Assembly (NCBI GenBank): GCA_048886685.1 | Contig: JBHLKM010000005.1 | Location: 138,958 to 202,957 of the forward strand | From: Candidatus Hodarchaeota archaeon | GTDB taxonomy: Archaea; Asgardarchaeota; Lokiarchaeia; Sigyniarchaeales; SOKP01 | Direction of reading: 5' to 3' | DNA: 64,000 bases | In this document: in pieces, positions 29,808-39,705 of the stretch | How the letters are laid out: each line of letters opens with the position of its first letter | How positions within the stretch are numbered: position 1 is the first letter of the stretch | The notes under the pieces: model-generated | Databases searched by the model: none | Told to the model about the DNA's origin: nothing | Seen by the model: only the letters and a program-made list of their open reading frames with translations | Translations under genes and position numbers: made by a program

Positions 29808-30335
29808 GTGATTATAATGAGTAGTTATGAATCAAATGTTGAGGAACTGTTTCTTGAAAAATTTGAAAAGTTAGCATTAAGAGTTGAACAATTAACAGAT
29901 GAAATCTCTAAAATGAAAGTGAAATTAGATAAAAATTATAAGCTTAATAGAACATTTGGCTTAAAATCGATAAGAAATTCCGAACCTTTAAATTTTGCTA
30001 AAAATATTATCGGAATAGGAAGCCCTACTAAAAGATACATACTATCCCTAAGAGCTATTACTGAAGAATGGAAAGGAAGGAAGAATGACATATTAGTAAC
30101 AATTAGACAACAAGAAAAGGAGACGCATATGGATTTAAAGGCTCTTGGAATTAGAATTCCAATCCATGATATCAAGAGTATTTCAATGTTAGCCAAAGAA
30201 GTTATATCTCTTCTCTATATCTCATGTGATTTAAATGGAACGGCTATTAATGAAATACTTAGGGATATTATTACTGAGATAAATGACAATGGATATAAGA
30301 TGGTTCAAGAAATTAAACAGAAAATGGTTTTTTAG
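29808..30335 (+). CDS. Hypothetical protein: coiled coil plus possible PC4-like domain
   Basis: N-terminal heptads; EEWKGR...VTIR...GIRIP pattern; start may be ATG at 29817. Confidence 0.55.
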   Translation: MIIMSSYESNVEELFLEKFEKLALRVEQLTDEISKMKVKLDKNYKLNRTFGLKSIRNSEPLNFAKNIIGIGSPTKRYILSLRAITEEWKGRKNDILVTIRQQEKETHMDLKALGIRIPIHDIKSISMLAKEVISLLYISCDLNGTAINEILRDIITEINDNGYKMVQEIKQKMVF

Positions 30336-30535
30336 CAAGCCATTTAGATTTTCATTAAATTAACTATTTGTTTTGAGATATTTGATACTGAAACCATAGT
30401 TTTGCGAAATTTTATACCAATTTCACTCTATGTTAGAGATGAAAATTTTAATAGTTAATTTAAATGTTATGAGATTAATTTTATTGAATAATCAATAAAA
30501 TGAAATTTTAATGATAAAATCAAGTTGAAAAGAAT

Positions 30536-31324
30536 TTGGATTATGAAGATATAATTTTCGAAATAAAAGATCGTATTGCGCGAATAACTATTAATCGCCC
30601 TGAAGTTTATAATGCATGTACGCAAAGGACAGTTCATGAATTAATTGACGCATTTAACAAGTGCATAAGCAACGAAATAGGCGTTGTAGTTTTTACGGGA
30701 ATTGGAGAAAAAGCTTTCTGTACAGGTGGGGATCAAACTACTCGCGAAAAAGGGGGATATAAAGGAGGAGATATGCTACCACTTGAAGTAGGCTGGCAAC
30801 GAGTTACGCTTTTAATACGTACTTTACCTAAACCCGTTATAGCTCGAGTGAATGGATATGCTATAGGAGGTGGACATGTTTGGCATGTGAATTGCGATCT
30901 CAGTATTGCCGCGGAACATGCACAATTAGGACAAGCAGGACCTCGCGTTGGATCCTTTGATCCCGGTTATGGAACCGGTGATTTAATGCGTGCCGTTGGT
31001 ATTAAACGTGCAAAAGAAATTTGGTATCTATGTCGACGTTACACTGCCCAACAAGCTTTAGAAATGGGATTAGTTAATGCAGTTGTACCTATGGAAAAAT
31101 TGGATAAGGAAGTAGATCAATGGTGCCAAGAGTTATTAGAGAAAAGCCCTACAGCCTTAAAAATGCTAAAGTATGCTTTTTTAGCAGAAACAGATGGTGT
31201 TACTGGTGTTACACAGCTTGGTGTTGGCGGATTATCACTTTATTATGGTACTGATGAGGCTGTGGAAGGAAAAAATGCATTTTTAGAAAAACGGAAACCA
31301 GACTTTAATCAATTTAGAAAATAG
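30536..31324 (+). CDS. MenB/BadI-family crotonase
   Basis: AFCTGGDQ, GYAIGGG, GPRVGSFDPGYGT, EIWYLCRRY. Confidence 0.85.
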   Translation: MDYEDIIFEIKDRIARITINRPEVYNACTQRTVHELIDAFNKCISNEIGVVVFTGIGEKAFCTGGDQTTREKGGYKGGDMLPLEVGWQRVTLLIRTLPKPVIARVNGYAIGGGHVWHVNCDLSIAAEHAQLGQAGPRVGSFDPGYGTGDLMRAVGIKRAKEIWYLCRRYTAQQALEMGLVNAVVPMEKLDKEVDQWCQELLEKSPTALKMLKYAFLAETDGVTGVTQLGVGGLSLYYGTDEAVEGKNAFLEKRKPDFNQFRK

Positions 31325-32184
31325 TGAGAATTATGGATATAAAAAATGTATGCGTAATCGGAGCAGGGATTATGGGATCTGGAATTGCCCAATTAATAGC
31401 AACTCATGGTTATGATGTAATATTAGTTGATATTAGTGAGGAGTTATTATTAAAAGCCAAAAATTCGATCGAAACTAATTTAGAGAGGTTTTTTGTTGCT
31501 AAAAACAAAATAACTAAAGAGGAAGCAGAAAAAATCTTAAATAGAATTAGTTTAAATGTGAATACACAGGAAGCAGTTAAAGATGTTCAAATAGTAATTG
31601 AAGCTGTTTTTGAGGATATGAAGTTAAAACAGCGATTATTCTCTGAATTAGATACATGGTGTAGTAAAGATGTAATACTTGCGTCGAATACATCATCATT
31701 AAGTATTACAGATATTGCCTTAAAATCTAAAAATCAAGAAAGGATAATAGGAATCCATTTCTTCAATCCAGCGCCTGTAATGAAATTGATTGAATTAATA
31801 AAGGGAAAGAATACTTCTGATGAAATAGTGGACACATCAAAAAAATTTTCTGAAAACTTGAATAAGACAGTAGTAACTGTGAATGATTCACCTGGATTCG
31901 TAACAACTCGACTTATTTATGTTTTATGTAATGAAGCAATTAATTTATTTACAAAAGGAATTGCTAGTGCTAAGGATATAGATACTGCATGTAAGTTAGC
32001 ATTCAATTTTCCCATGGGCCCTTTAGAACTTTCTGATTTAGTTGGTAATGATATATATTTCCATATTGGAAAATATTTAGAAAAAGAACTAGGACAAAAG
32101 TATCGACCAAGCCATCTTTTACAAGAAATGGTAAACAAGGGATTTTTAGGAAGAAAAACGAGAAAAGGATTCTATGAGTACTAA
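31324..32184 (+). CDS. 3-hydroxyacyl-CoA dehydrogenase
   Basis: GAGIMGSGIA, IEAVFE, ASNTSS, IHFFNP, PMGPLELSD, GRKT. Confidence 0.92.
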   Translation: MRIMDIKNVCVIGAGIMGSGIAQLIATHGYDVILVDISEELLLKAKNSIETNLERFFVAKNKITKEEAEKILNRISLNVNTQEAVKDVQIVIEAVFEDMKLKQRLFSELDTWCSKDVILASNTSSLSITDIALKSKNQERIIGIHFFNPAPVMKLIELIKGKNTSDEIVDTSKKFSENLNKTVVTVNDSPGFVTTRLIYVLCNEAINLFTKGIASAKDIDTACKLAFNFPMGPLELSDLVGNDIYFHIGKYLEKELGQKYRPSHLLQEMVNKGFLGRKTRKGFYEY

Positions 32185-32420
32185 ACTACTACTTTAATTC
32201 ATTGGAATAACAATTTTTTCTATTTTTTTTAATATTCTCTTATTATTAATTGCTTTTACTTTTAAAATATGTATTAATATAACGTATAAAATATACTTTG
32301 ATTATTTTTTAATATAAAAAATCTTATTAGTTATTCATAATATAAAAAGCTAGGTTAGTATTTTTAGGGGTTTACAAATTCGAGAATCTCTTTCCTAAAA
32401 CATGATGTATCTGATTTATT

Positions 32421-32894
32421 ATGAGTAATTCGGGCTTAAGAAAAAAAAATCTTGAATTAGAAAAGCAAGTTGATAGAAAAGACAATAATAATTTAAATTT
32501 AGTTGAGAAGTACAACCAACTAAAGGAAGAGAATCAAAATTTACTGGAGGAAAGGAAAATTTTAAAAGAATTACTCGTTGAAAATGTAAAAAAGGATCAT
32601 CAGGTATCATTGTTAGAAGTTGATGATTTAAAAGATTGTCATAAGAATACATTCTATTTCCAAATAGTTTTAGGGATTCTTGTAATTGTTTTATCATTAG
32701 GATTTCATATTTTATATTTATCAATTACTGATTGTTTATTATATTCTGGTGGAGATCAGGAGTGTTGGATTAAAAATTGGTTAGGCATTGATATTCATGG
32801 TAGTTTTTTTCTTGATGTTATGTTATATTCCTTAATTGTGTTTCAAATTCTTCTTATAATTTTAATAATAAGAAATCAATTAGCAAAAGTCTGA
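32421..32894 (+). CDS. Coiled-coil protein with two TM helices
   Basis: N-terminal heptads; two C-terminal TM helices flanking a Cys-containing loop. Confidence 0.65.
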   Translation: MSNSGLRKKNLELEKQVDRKDNNNLNLVEKYNQLKEENQNLLEERKILKELLVENVKKDHQVSLLEVDDLKDCHKNTFYFQIVLGILVIVLSLGFHILYLSITDCLLYSGGDQECWIKNWLGIDIHGSFFLDVMLYSLIVFQILLIILIIRNQLAKV

Positions 32895-32932
32895 TCAAAA
32901 GTATAAAATTATGATAATGAACCGAGATTACA

Positions 32933-34690
32933 TCATTTCTTAACTAATATCAGTTTATTTTCTTCAAGAATTATTTTATCTTTATTTAAAGGACTAAAAT
33001 TGTATGTACTTCTCATTGCATTAACAATCAAATCTCCAAATATCTTCAGTCTTAACGTGTTAAATAGATCATTTATCATTTGGAGATCTTCAGGTATTGA
33101 TACCCCAAAGAAAGGATTTAGCAATAAATATATTATAGCTCCTAGGATTATACCAAAAACTAGACTAATTATACTATTAAAAGGGAAAAACCACAATATG
33201 AAAAATAGAATTAACAAATTCGGTAATAAGCGTTTCATTCTAATTTTATAATTTACTTCAAGCTTTCTTTTGAGTTGTAATATTGTATATGGCAATAAAA
33301 AGAAAGCTGATATTAACATAACAATCCCAATACCTAAAATCCCAAATAGAAAAATAAATATTGGAGATAATCCCGTTATGATTATGATTGTTATTAAAAA
33401 TCCCCTTGCTGCTGAATTAGCATTTCCAGACCCTATTAGTGCATTTCCAAACAAAGTGGAATATCCATAGATGAATTGGCCCAAAATTATAAGAATGAAT
33501 AAAGTTCGTGCCATTATAAAAATCTCGGTATTAAAAGATCCTTCATTGATAAACAGATCTTTATGTAAATAAAAAAGTAATTCACCTGAAAGTGAAACCA
33601 TAGCAGTGAGAAATCCAAGTGCTAAAATGCTAGAAATTCTTGTTGAATCATTAATAGAAGCCTCCACCGTTTCATAACTCTCTTTAGCGCATGCTTCTGC
33701 AATTTCAATATTTAATGGAGCAGAATAATACAATATCACTGTCTTAACAGCCCCGTAAGTCATTAAGACAGTTAACAAACTCAATCCAAATCCCTGATAT
33801 TCAGGATTTGAAAATATAGCTAAGTAAAATGCAGCAAAAAAAAATAAAATATCTTCGAAAAATTTTGAATTTTGAATATTTGTTAGCATTGAATAAACGG
33901 AATTTTTCATGTAGAGCAGTATTTGATGTTCTTCAATTAAATGGCTAATATCCGGAGACGACCTTTTTTTCATAGTTCTTGTTCTTAAACCTGATCTAAT
34001 TATTTCTTTTATTGAATAAGGAGCCTGCTTACTAAAGAAAAAAGCAAATAAAAACAATGTGGTGATATTGAATAAAGGGTGAAAAGCAAACCAAAAAGGG
34101 CTAATATTAAAAGAAATAAAAATATATCCCCATAATAATAGAAAAACTCCTGCGAATATTGATAAAAATGCAATTATATCATATCTATTCTTTATTTCTA
34201 GCCCGATTTGAAAAATATAGTTACTATATAAAAAAATGGTTGTAACTCCTGATGCAAAAATACATTCTCTTAATAATTGATTTATTTGAAGAAACCCAGA
34301 AATGAAAGATATCAAGATCATCCCCAGTGCTAATATCAACCCTATTAAAAACAGAATTTTCGAGTAAGTTGCTGCTTTTAACCGCCCTAATTCTTCATTA
34401 ACAATAAAAGCAGTTTTTATTTCTGCTATAAAGTACCTTGAAATTCCAATACCGATCAATCCTACAATACCGTTTATTGCGGTTGTTAATCCGAAATATT
34501 TTAATCCTTCCCAACCTGTACCTAATATTATAAAAACCCAAATGCATCCAGCATTAATTAAAGCGAAAAACATATAAAGAGATCCAGATGTAATCACTCG
34601 TGAACTTCCTTCTTGCTCAAAGAACCTTCGATCTCTCGAGAAATCAATCCTAAGTTCTGTTCTCTCTGAATTTTTTTCCATAAATAACAA
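32933..34690 (-). CDS. MOP-superfamily flippase / polysaccharide biosynthesis membrane protein
   Basis: About 13-14 TM helices; GIGISRYFIAE and NALIGSG patterns typical of Wzx/MurJ-like proteins. Confidence 0.65.
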   Translation of the reverse strand: MLFMEKNSERTELRIDFSRDRRFFEQEGSSRVITSGSLYMFFALINAGCIWVFIILGTGWEGLKYFGLTTAINGIVGLIGIGISRYFIAEIKTAFIVNEELGRLKAATYSKILFLIGLILALGMILISFISGFLQINQLLRECIFASGVTTIFLYSNYIFQIGLEIKNRYDIIAFLSIFAGVFLLLWGYIFISFNISPFWFAFHPLFNITTLFLFAFFFSKQAPYSIKEIIRSGLRTRTMKKRSSPDISHLIEEHQILLYMKNSVYSMLTNIQNSKFFEDILFFFAAFYLAIFSNPEYQGFGLSLLTVLMTYGAVKTVILYYSAPLNIEIAEACAKESYETVEASINDSTRISSILALGFLTAMVSLSGELLFYLHKDLFINEGSFNTEIFIMARTLFILIILGQFIYGYSTLFGNALIGSGNANSAARGFLITIIIITGLSPIFIFLFGILGIGIVMLISAFFLLPYTILQLKRKLEVNYKIRMKRLLPNLLILFFILWFFPFNSIISLVFGIILGAIIYLLLNPFFGVSIPEDLQMINDLFNTLRLKIFGDLIVNAMRSTYNFSPLNKDKIILEENKLILVKK

Positions 34691-34857
34691 GCTATCCTTA
34701 ACTAATTATTCATTATGAATTCTTTAGTCAAAAAAAAGTTTTAGAAAAAGTTTACAAATATATGAAAGAATTCAGGGTACTGTCTTATTTATCTGATAAT
34801 AAAAGATAAGTTTATTATTAACTGTTTTAACTGTATAATATTATCCAGCAATATCAG

Positions 34858-35040
34858 ATGAGTTATATGGTTGGTAAAGAAATTATATGTGAAAATTGCG
34901 GAGAAAATACGAGCACAGAAATATTTAATTGCGAAAAATGTGATAATATTCTTTGCGATACGTGCTCTAACATTTGCCAACGATGTGGAAACTATTTATG
35001 TGACAATTGTTATCATGATCATAAAAAAAGTTGTAAATAA
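34858..35040 (+). CDS. Small Cys-rich zinc-binding protein
   Basis: Five CxxC motifs plus HDH in 60 aa; its stop abuts the next ATG. Confidence 0.75.
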   Translation: MSYMVGKEIICENCGENTSTEIFNCEKCDNILCDTCSNICQRCGNYLCDNCYHDHKKSCK

Positions 35041-35436
35041 ATGAAAGGTTCTTATATTTTAGTCATTCAAATTCCTGAAACAACTGAGATAACTATTGGG
35101 GCCTTAGGTAACATATTATTTGAGAAAGGATCTTATTTATATATTGGATCTGCCATGGGTACTTATGGTTCAACTACCTTGGAAAACAGAATAAAAAGAC
35201 ATATTTCAACTTCAAATAAAAAAAAAATTCACTGGCATATTGATTATTTATTAAATTATGAGAGAGGTTTTATAACACAATTATACTTAATCCCTTCCCT
35301 ATATCGTATAGAATGTATAATCTCAAGAGAAATAAAGGATTTCTCAGATGATATTGTTGAGGATTTTGGATCAACTGATTGTATGTGCAAAAGTCATTTA
35401 TTCTATTTCCAGCAATTTAAAGAGTTTAAATATTAA
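35041..35436 (+). CDS. GIY-YIG (Uri/DUF123) endonuclease family protein
   Basis: KGSYIL, YLYIGSA, RIKRH, HWHIDYL, FGSTDCMCKSHL. Confidence 0.88.
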   Translation: MKGSYILVIQIPETTEITIGALGNILFEKGSYLYIGSAMGTYGSTTLENRIKRHISTSNKKKIHWHIDYLLNYERGFITQLYLIPSLYRIECIISREIKDFSDDIVEDFGSTDCMCKSHLFYFQQFKEFKY

Positions 35437-35625
35437 AGCAAATAAGTTAAAACCTTAAACCTAAAATTTGATTAAGGATTGCGATTAGGTTGTGATTAAC
35501 TTTTTCTTATCATATCTCTTTTTGAACTTCATTCTGATATTTTTGAAAAATTGGGTAAAATCCTTAAAATTTTTTAAACTTGCAATTGAATTTATCATAT
35601 CAGAAATCAATTTTTAAAAAAAAAA

Positions 35626-36573
35626 GTGAGAAATATGGGAATGTTAGATGGTAAAGTTGCCATAATAACTGGCGCTGGTCGTGGCCTTGGTCGTGAGGAA
35701 GCATTATTATTTGCTAAGGAGGGATGTAATTTATTAGTAAACGATCTAGGCGGCAGTTTTGATGGTAGCGGTGCTGAAACCAAGGTTGCTGATGAAATTG
35801 CAGAAGAATGTAAAAAATTGGGAGTTAAAGCTATATCGAATTATGATTCTGTCACTGATTTTAATAAGGCAAAAGCAATGATTGATCAAGCAATTTCCGA
35901 ATATGGGAAATTAGACATCCTAGTGAATAATGCTGGGATATTGAGAGATAGGATGCTTTTTAATATGACAGAGAAAGAGTTTGATGATGTAATAGCTGTG
36001 CATTTAAAAGGTACATTTAACATGACTCGTCATGCTTCTGCATATTTTAGAGAACAAGGAAAAGCTAATCCTGATTTAGGTGTTTTCGGGAGAATAATAA
36101 ATACTGCTTCAGATGCTGGTTTATTAGGAAATATGGGGCAAAGTAACTATGGCGCTGCAAAAGCAGGTATTGCAGCATTTACCAATATTGCTTCTATGGA
36201 ATTAGGCAAATATGCCACCGTTAATTGTGTTGTACCTGTAGCTAGAACGAGACTCACAACTGATGCAACACCAACAATGGCGGGAACAATGAGTAGGAAA
36301 GATAAAAGAGGTTTTGATATCTTCAATCCTGCTAATGTTGCTCCTATGGTTGCGTTTCTAGCTTCAGACCAAGCATTTAAAATTACAGGAGAAGTGTTTA
36401 GGGTAGTAGGTGACAGGGTTTTCTCATTAATAGGATGGACTACTTATAAACAAATAGATAATAATGGAGAACCTTTCACTCCTCAAATTTTAGCTGAACG
36501 TGTTCAAGAAGAATTATTAAAAGGAAAACCTAAAAAAGAGACTTTAGCAAGTTCACTTGCGTCTTTAATGTAA
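35626..36573 (+). CDS. Short-chain dehydrogenase (MFE-2/hydroxyacyl-CoA dehydrogenase-like)
   Basis: TGAGRGLG, VNDLG, NNAGILRD, NYGAAK. Confidence 0.9.
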   Translation: MRNMGMLDGKVAIITGAGRGLGREEALLFAKEGCNLLVNDLGGSFDGSGAETKVADEIAEECKKLGVKAISNYDSVTDFNKAKAMIDQAISEYGKLDILVNNAGILRDRMLFNMTEKEFDDVIAVHLKGTFNMTRHASAYFREQGKANPDLGVFGRIINTASDAGLLGNMGQSNYGAAKAGIAAFTNIASMELGKYATVNCVVPVARTRLTTDATPTMAGTMSRKDKRGFDIFNPANVAPMVAFLASDQAFKITGEVFRVVGDRVFSLIGWTTYKQIDNNGEPFTPQILAERVQEELLKGKPKKETLASSLASLM

Positions 36574-36578
36574 AATTA

Positions 36579-36599
36579 TTTTTTTTTTCTTTCTTTTTT
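36579..36599 (+). terminator. Oligo-T tract terminator candidate
   Basis: Long T-rich run immediately after the SDR stop codon. Confidence 0.45.
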
Positions 36600-36644
36600 A
36601 ACCACAAAAAGAACGTATTTTTCCAAAACTTCAAATAAAAAAGT

Positions 36645-37151
36645 TTACTTATCAATTAGATCCTTAAAGAATTCATCATCAAAGTGCTCTTTTCCTACCT
36701 TTTCTCCTTTCATCTCTTTATACACATAGTAGAATGCCATAAGAGCTCCTGCTAATAGACCAATAACCGCCCCAGAAAGAAGAGTATAGCCTAAATACAA
36801 AAAGAAAACAGTTGCAGATGTACCAGCAGCTATCATTGCTAATACCGTTTGATATATACTAATAAACATACAAGATAAAACACCACCAAAAATCCCTACA
36901 ATGATACCATACTTTAAGATTTCTTGATGTGGTTCTCGATTTTTAAAAAAATATAATAATCCAAAAATCGCTCCTAATAAAAATTCAAGATCAGCAAAAA
37001 GAAAAAAACCAGTATAAATCAAAAAATCTATTATTATAGATATGATAGAAATTGTAATATATGATGCGGTAGTGACTAGTGCTGAAATCAAAATACCCCA
37101 TTTTACATTTCTTTCTCTAATTATATTAGATAAATCACTCATTTTTCTCAT
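36645..37151 (-). CDS. Four-TM membrane protein
   Basis: Four hydrophobic Gly-rich segments. Confidence 0.7.
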   Translation of the reverse strand: MRKMSDLSNIIRERNVKWGILISALVTTASYITISIISIIIDFLIYTGFFLFADLEFLLGAIFGLLYFFKNREPHQEILKYGIIVGIFGGVLSCMFISIYQTVLAMIAAGTSATVFFLYLGYTLLSGAVIGLLAGALMAFYYVYKEMKGEKVGKEHFDDEFFKDLIDK

Positions 37152-37214
37152 TAAAAATAGGTTATATTAAGAAAATGAAAAAAGAATATGTTAAGTATGT
37201 TACTAATTTTTTGA

Positions 37215-38006
37215 TTATCTATCAGTACCTGGGAGATCTTTACCTTTCGTTATTGTCTTAGTAACTACTTTTTTTACTAATTTCGTTGGGTCCGCTAGGT
37301 TCTTAAGTCCTTGAGTTGCTGCGTCTGCTGCTTGCCCGATCACATCTCCTCCGATTGTGCCGCCCCCGACTAATTCCTCAGCTACAATGCCAACGGCAGG
37401 AGTTAATGCAGCGGAAACAATTGTGGTAACAGCCGCAACTGCTACAACTTTAGCAATCTTCATAGCAATTGGGCTACTGCCACCTTTCTTTGATATTTCA
37501 TCATCTTCAACCGCTTCTAAAGAACGTTTAAGTCCTTTTATTAATCTGTTTAGGGCTTCCTCTTTTTTCTCTTTTTTTCCCTTGTAATAAATTCCATCAT
37601 TGTAAGCAGTTTCTAGATACTTTGTTAAAGATTTATATTTTTGAATTTTTTTATAGCCATTCCAATCATTATCTTTGAAATTCATTAATATTGTATCACA
37701 AGGTCTTCCCTTGTTGACAGCATAAACAAAAATTTGAGGATCTTTTTTGTCACATAGATAAACTGTCTCGTAAATATAATCCCCAAGCTCTTTTTTCTGT
37801 CCAATTAATATTCTAAAACGTATCTGGTCTGTTTTACCAATTAAACTTTTTGAAAATTTGGCTAGCGCAACCTTACCCTTCTTAGCTTTCTTTTCTTTCT
37901 CAATAACGGTATCTGCTCTCTTTTCTTCAAAATAATCACTTAAAACTTCGAAAGCTTGCTTAAATATTTTTTTAGTTTTATCTATTTCTTTACCCAATAA
38001 CCCCAC
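37215..38006 (-). CDS. Hypothetical protein with an Ala/Gly/Val-rich C-terminus
   Basis: 263-aa ORF; basic N-terminal region and hydrophobic C-terminal segment. Confidence 0.65.
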   Translation of the reverse strand: MGLLGKEIDKTKKIFKQAFEVLSDYFEEKRADTVIEKEKKAKKGKVALAKFSKSLIGKTDQIRFRILIGQKKELGDYIYETVYLCDKKDPQIFVYAVNKGRPCDTILMNFKDNDWNGYKKIQKYKSLTKYLETAYNDGIYYKGKKEKKEEALNRLIKGLKRSLEAVEDDEISKKGGSSPIAMKIAKVVAVAAVTTIVSAALTPAVGIVAEELVGGGTIGGDVIGQAADAATQGLKNLADPTKLVKKVVTKTITKGKDLPGTDR

Positions 38007-38275
38007 TTCCCAATCGATATTATTCTTAAATAAAATCCAGTTACAATAAATATCTTAATTAGAATATTTATGTTTAAGTTTTTATAGAACTCTAACATAT
38101 CGTCAGTATCAATTACCAGTATGAAGAAGTTGAATTTTAAACAATTATTTAGAACAAGTCGAAAAATGATAAATAGCTTTTTTAATTAGGATTTGTATAC
38201 TTATATATAAAATTACACCTTACATAATAATTATAGAATTTATAATTTCACTATGTTAAAATTGGAATGAGTTAA

Positions 38276-38629
38276 ATGAGTGAAAGAATAACAGAAATAC
38301 TTAATTCTCTAAAGGCGATTAAAGGAGTTCATGGAGCGGCTCTTATTGAGAAATTTGGATTAATTAAAGGTAGCGCGTTACCAGGATGGGTTGATCCGGA
38401 GGCCGTTGCTGCTATGGTGACCTTAATTTTAAAAGCAAGTCAAAGAGCAACTAAAGAACTAGAACAAGGGCAATTTTTTAGTGCTATAATAGAATCAGAA
38501 AAGGGAAAAATACTTTTTAGCGAAATCGAGGGAAATATTCTTACAATAATAACCACAAAAGAAGCTAAACTTGGTATAATAAATCTAAAATTGGATGCTG
38601 CTAGTGCAGAACTCAGAAAAAGGTTATAA
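38276..38629 (+). CDS. Stand-alone Roadblock/LC7 (MglB-like) protein
   Basis: GVHGAALIEKFGLI...VAAM...ELEQG...IESEKGKI...KLGII pattern. Confidence 0.88.
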   Translation: MSERITEILNSLKAIKGVHGAALIEKFGLIKGSALPGWVDPEAVAAMVTLILKASQRATKELEQGQFFSAIIESEKGKILFSEIEGNILTIITTKEAKLGIINLKLDAASAELRKRL

Positions 38630-38751
38630 TTTTTTTCTCTTTTTTTTGAATAATTATATTTTGTTTTATCCAGATTTTTTCCTTAAAATAAAATCCTAAT
38701 TAAAATATATTTATATATTTTTTAAAATTAAACCTAAACAAAAATTAAAAG

Positions 38752-39667
38752 GTGATATATATAGTTATTATAAATTCTGAAGGCAAATTTGATGATCATC
38801 ATTATCTTTTAGATGGAATGACAATGGGATTGCCTAAATTTCTTTCAATTTATATTATTGAAAATAATGGTATGCGAATGATGATTGATGTTGGAGAAAC
38901 ATTAAAAGCCAGGACAATCATTAAAAAACTTAAAGATTTCGGTCTTTATCCTATTCATAAAATCGTATTAACTCATTCTCATTGGGATCATGCTCAAGGG
39001 CTCTCAAAATTAATTAAATTAATGAAAGATGAGGGTGTAGAAATTTTAGCTTCAGAAAACGCAGTTGAGAATTTGAGACTTCCGGAAAAAATGATTGAAG
39101 GATTTGAGGGAATTAATTTTGATCCTTTTGAAGGAGATATAACTCCTTTGAAAGAAGGTGATATCATTGATTTAAACGGACTAGAATTAGAGATCAAGAA
39201 TTTTTTTTGGGCATACTATGGATTCTATAGCTATTTTTGATAAAGCCAACAGGAACATATTCGCACAGGAGACGCATTCATTATGAGATTAGACCAAGAT
39301 GCCTTTTTTTATCCCTCTAATGCCCCCTGATTTTCATGAAAAAGAGCTACTTAAATCTTTTGTTAAATTACGAGATATGAAAAATGAGTTGAACTCCATC
39401 TCTTTAACTCATTTTGGAGTATGGATGGATAATCACTGTGAACAAATAATAAATGAGATGGAAGATCTCTACTTCAGTACAAAAAATTCACTTATAGAAT
39501 GGTATAATGAAGATCCATCAATTGAGGTTATAACTAGTAAATATTGTAAAGAATTTTTGTCTAACTCTAAATTTTGGAACGAAAAAGTATTTACATTTAT
39601 TATAGAGATGATGATAAACGGTTTAAAATTAAGCAGATTAATTGAAGGAGAAGAGATTGTCCATTAA
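38752..39667 (+). pseudogene. MBL-fold hydrolase broken by three frameshifts
   Basis: IDVG and THSHWDH in frame 1; GHT in frame 2 after T-run 39201-39208; GDA in frame 1 after ~39265; C-terminus (THFG) in frame 2 after T-run 39304-39310. Confidence 0.8.
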
Positions 39668-39705
39668 TTAACCATGTTAACTTTATTCCTAAAAAACAAT
39701 TATTC

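Noticed and set aside
30356-30462. 13-bp inverted repeat TAAATTAACTATT/AATAGTTAATTTA with an inner hairpin, upstream of the MenB/BadI gene
   Set aside because: Almost entirely A/T; about one such match is expected by chance in a window of this size and composition
35041-35436. GIY-YIG gene as a homing endonuclease or mobile element
   Set aside because: Matches the small stand-alone archaeal DUF123 type; no intron, intein or flanking repeats seen
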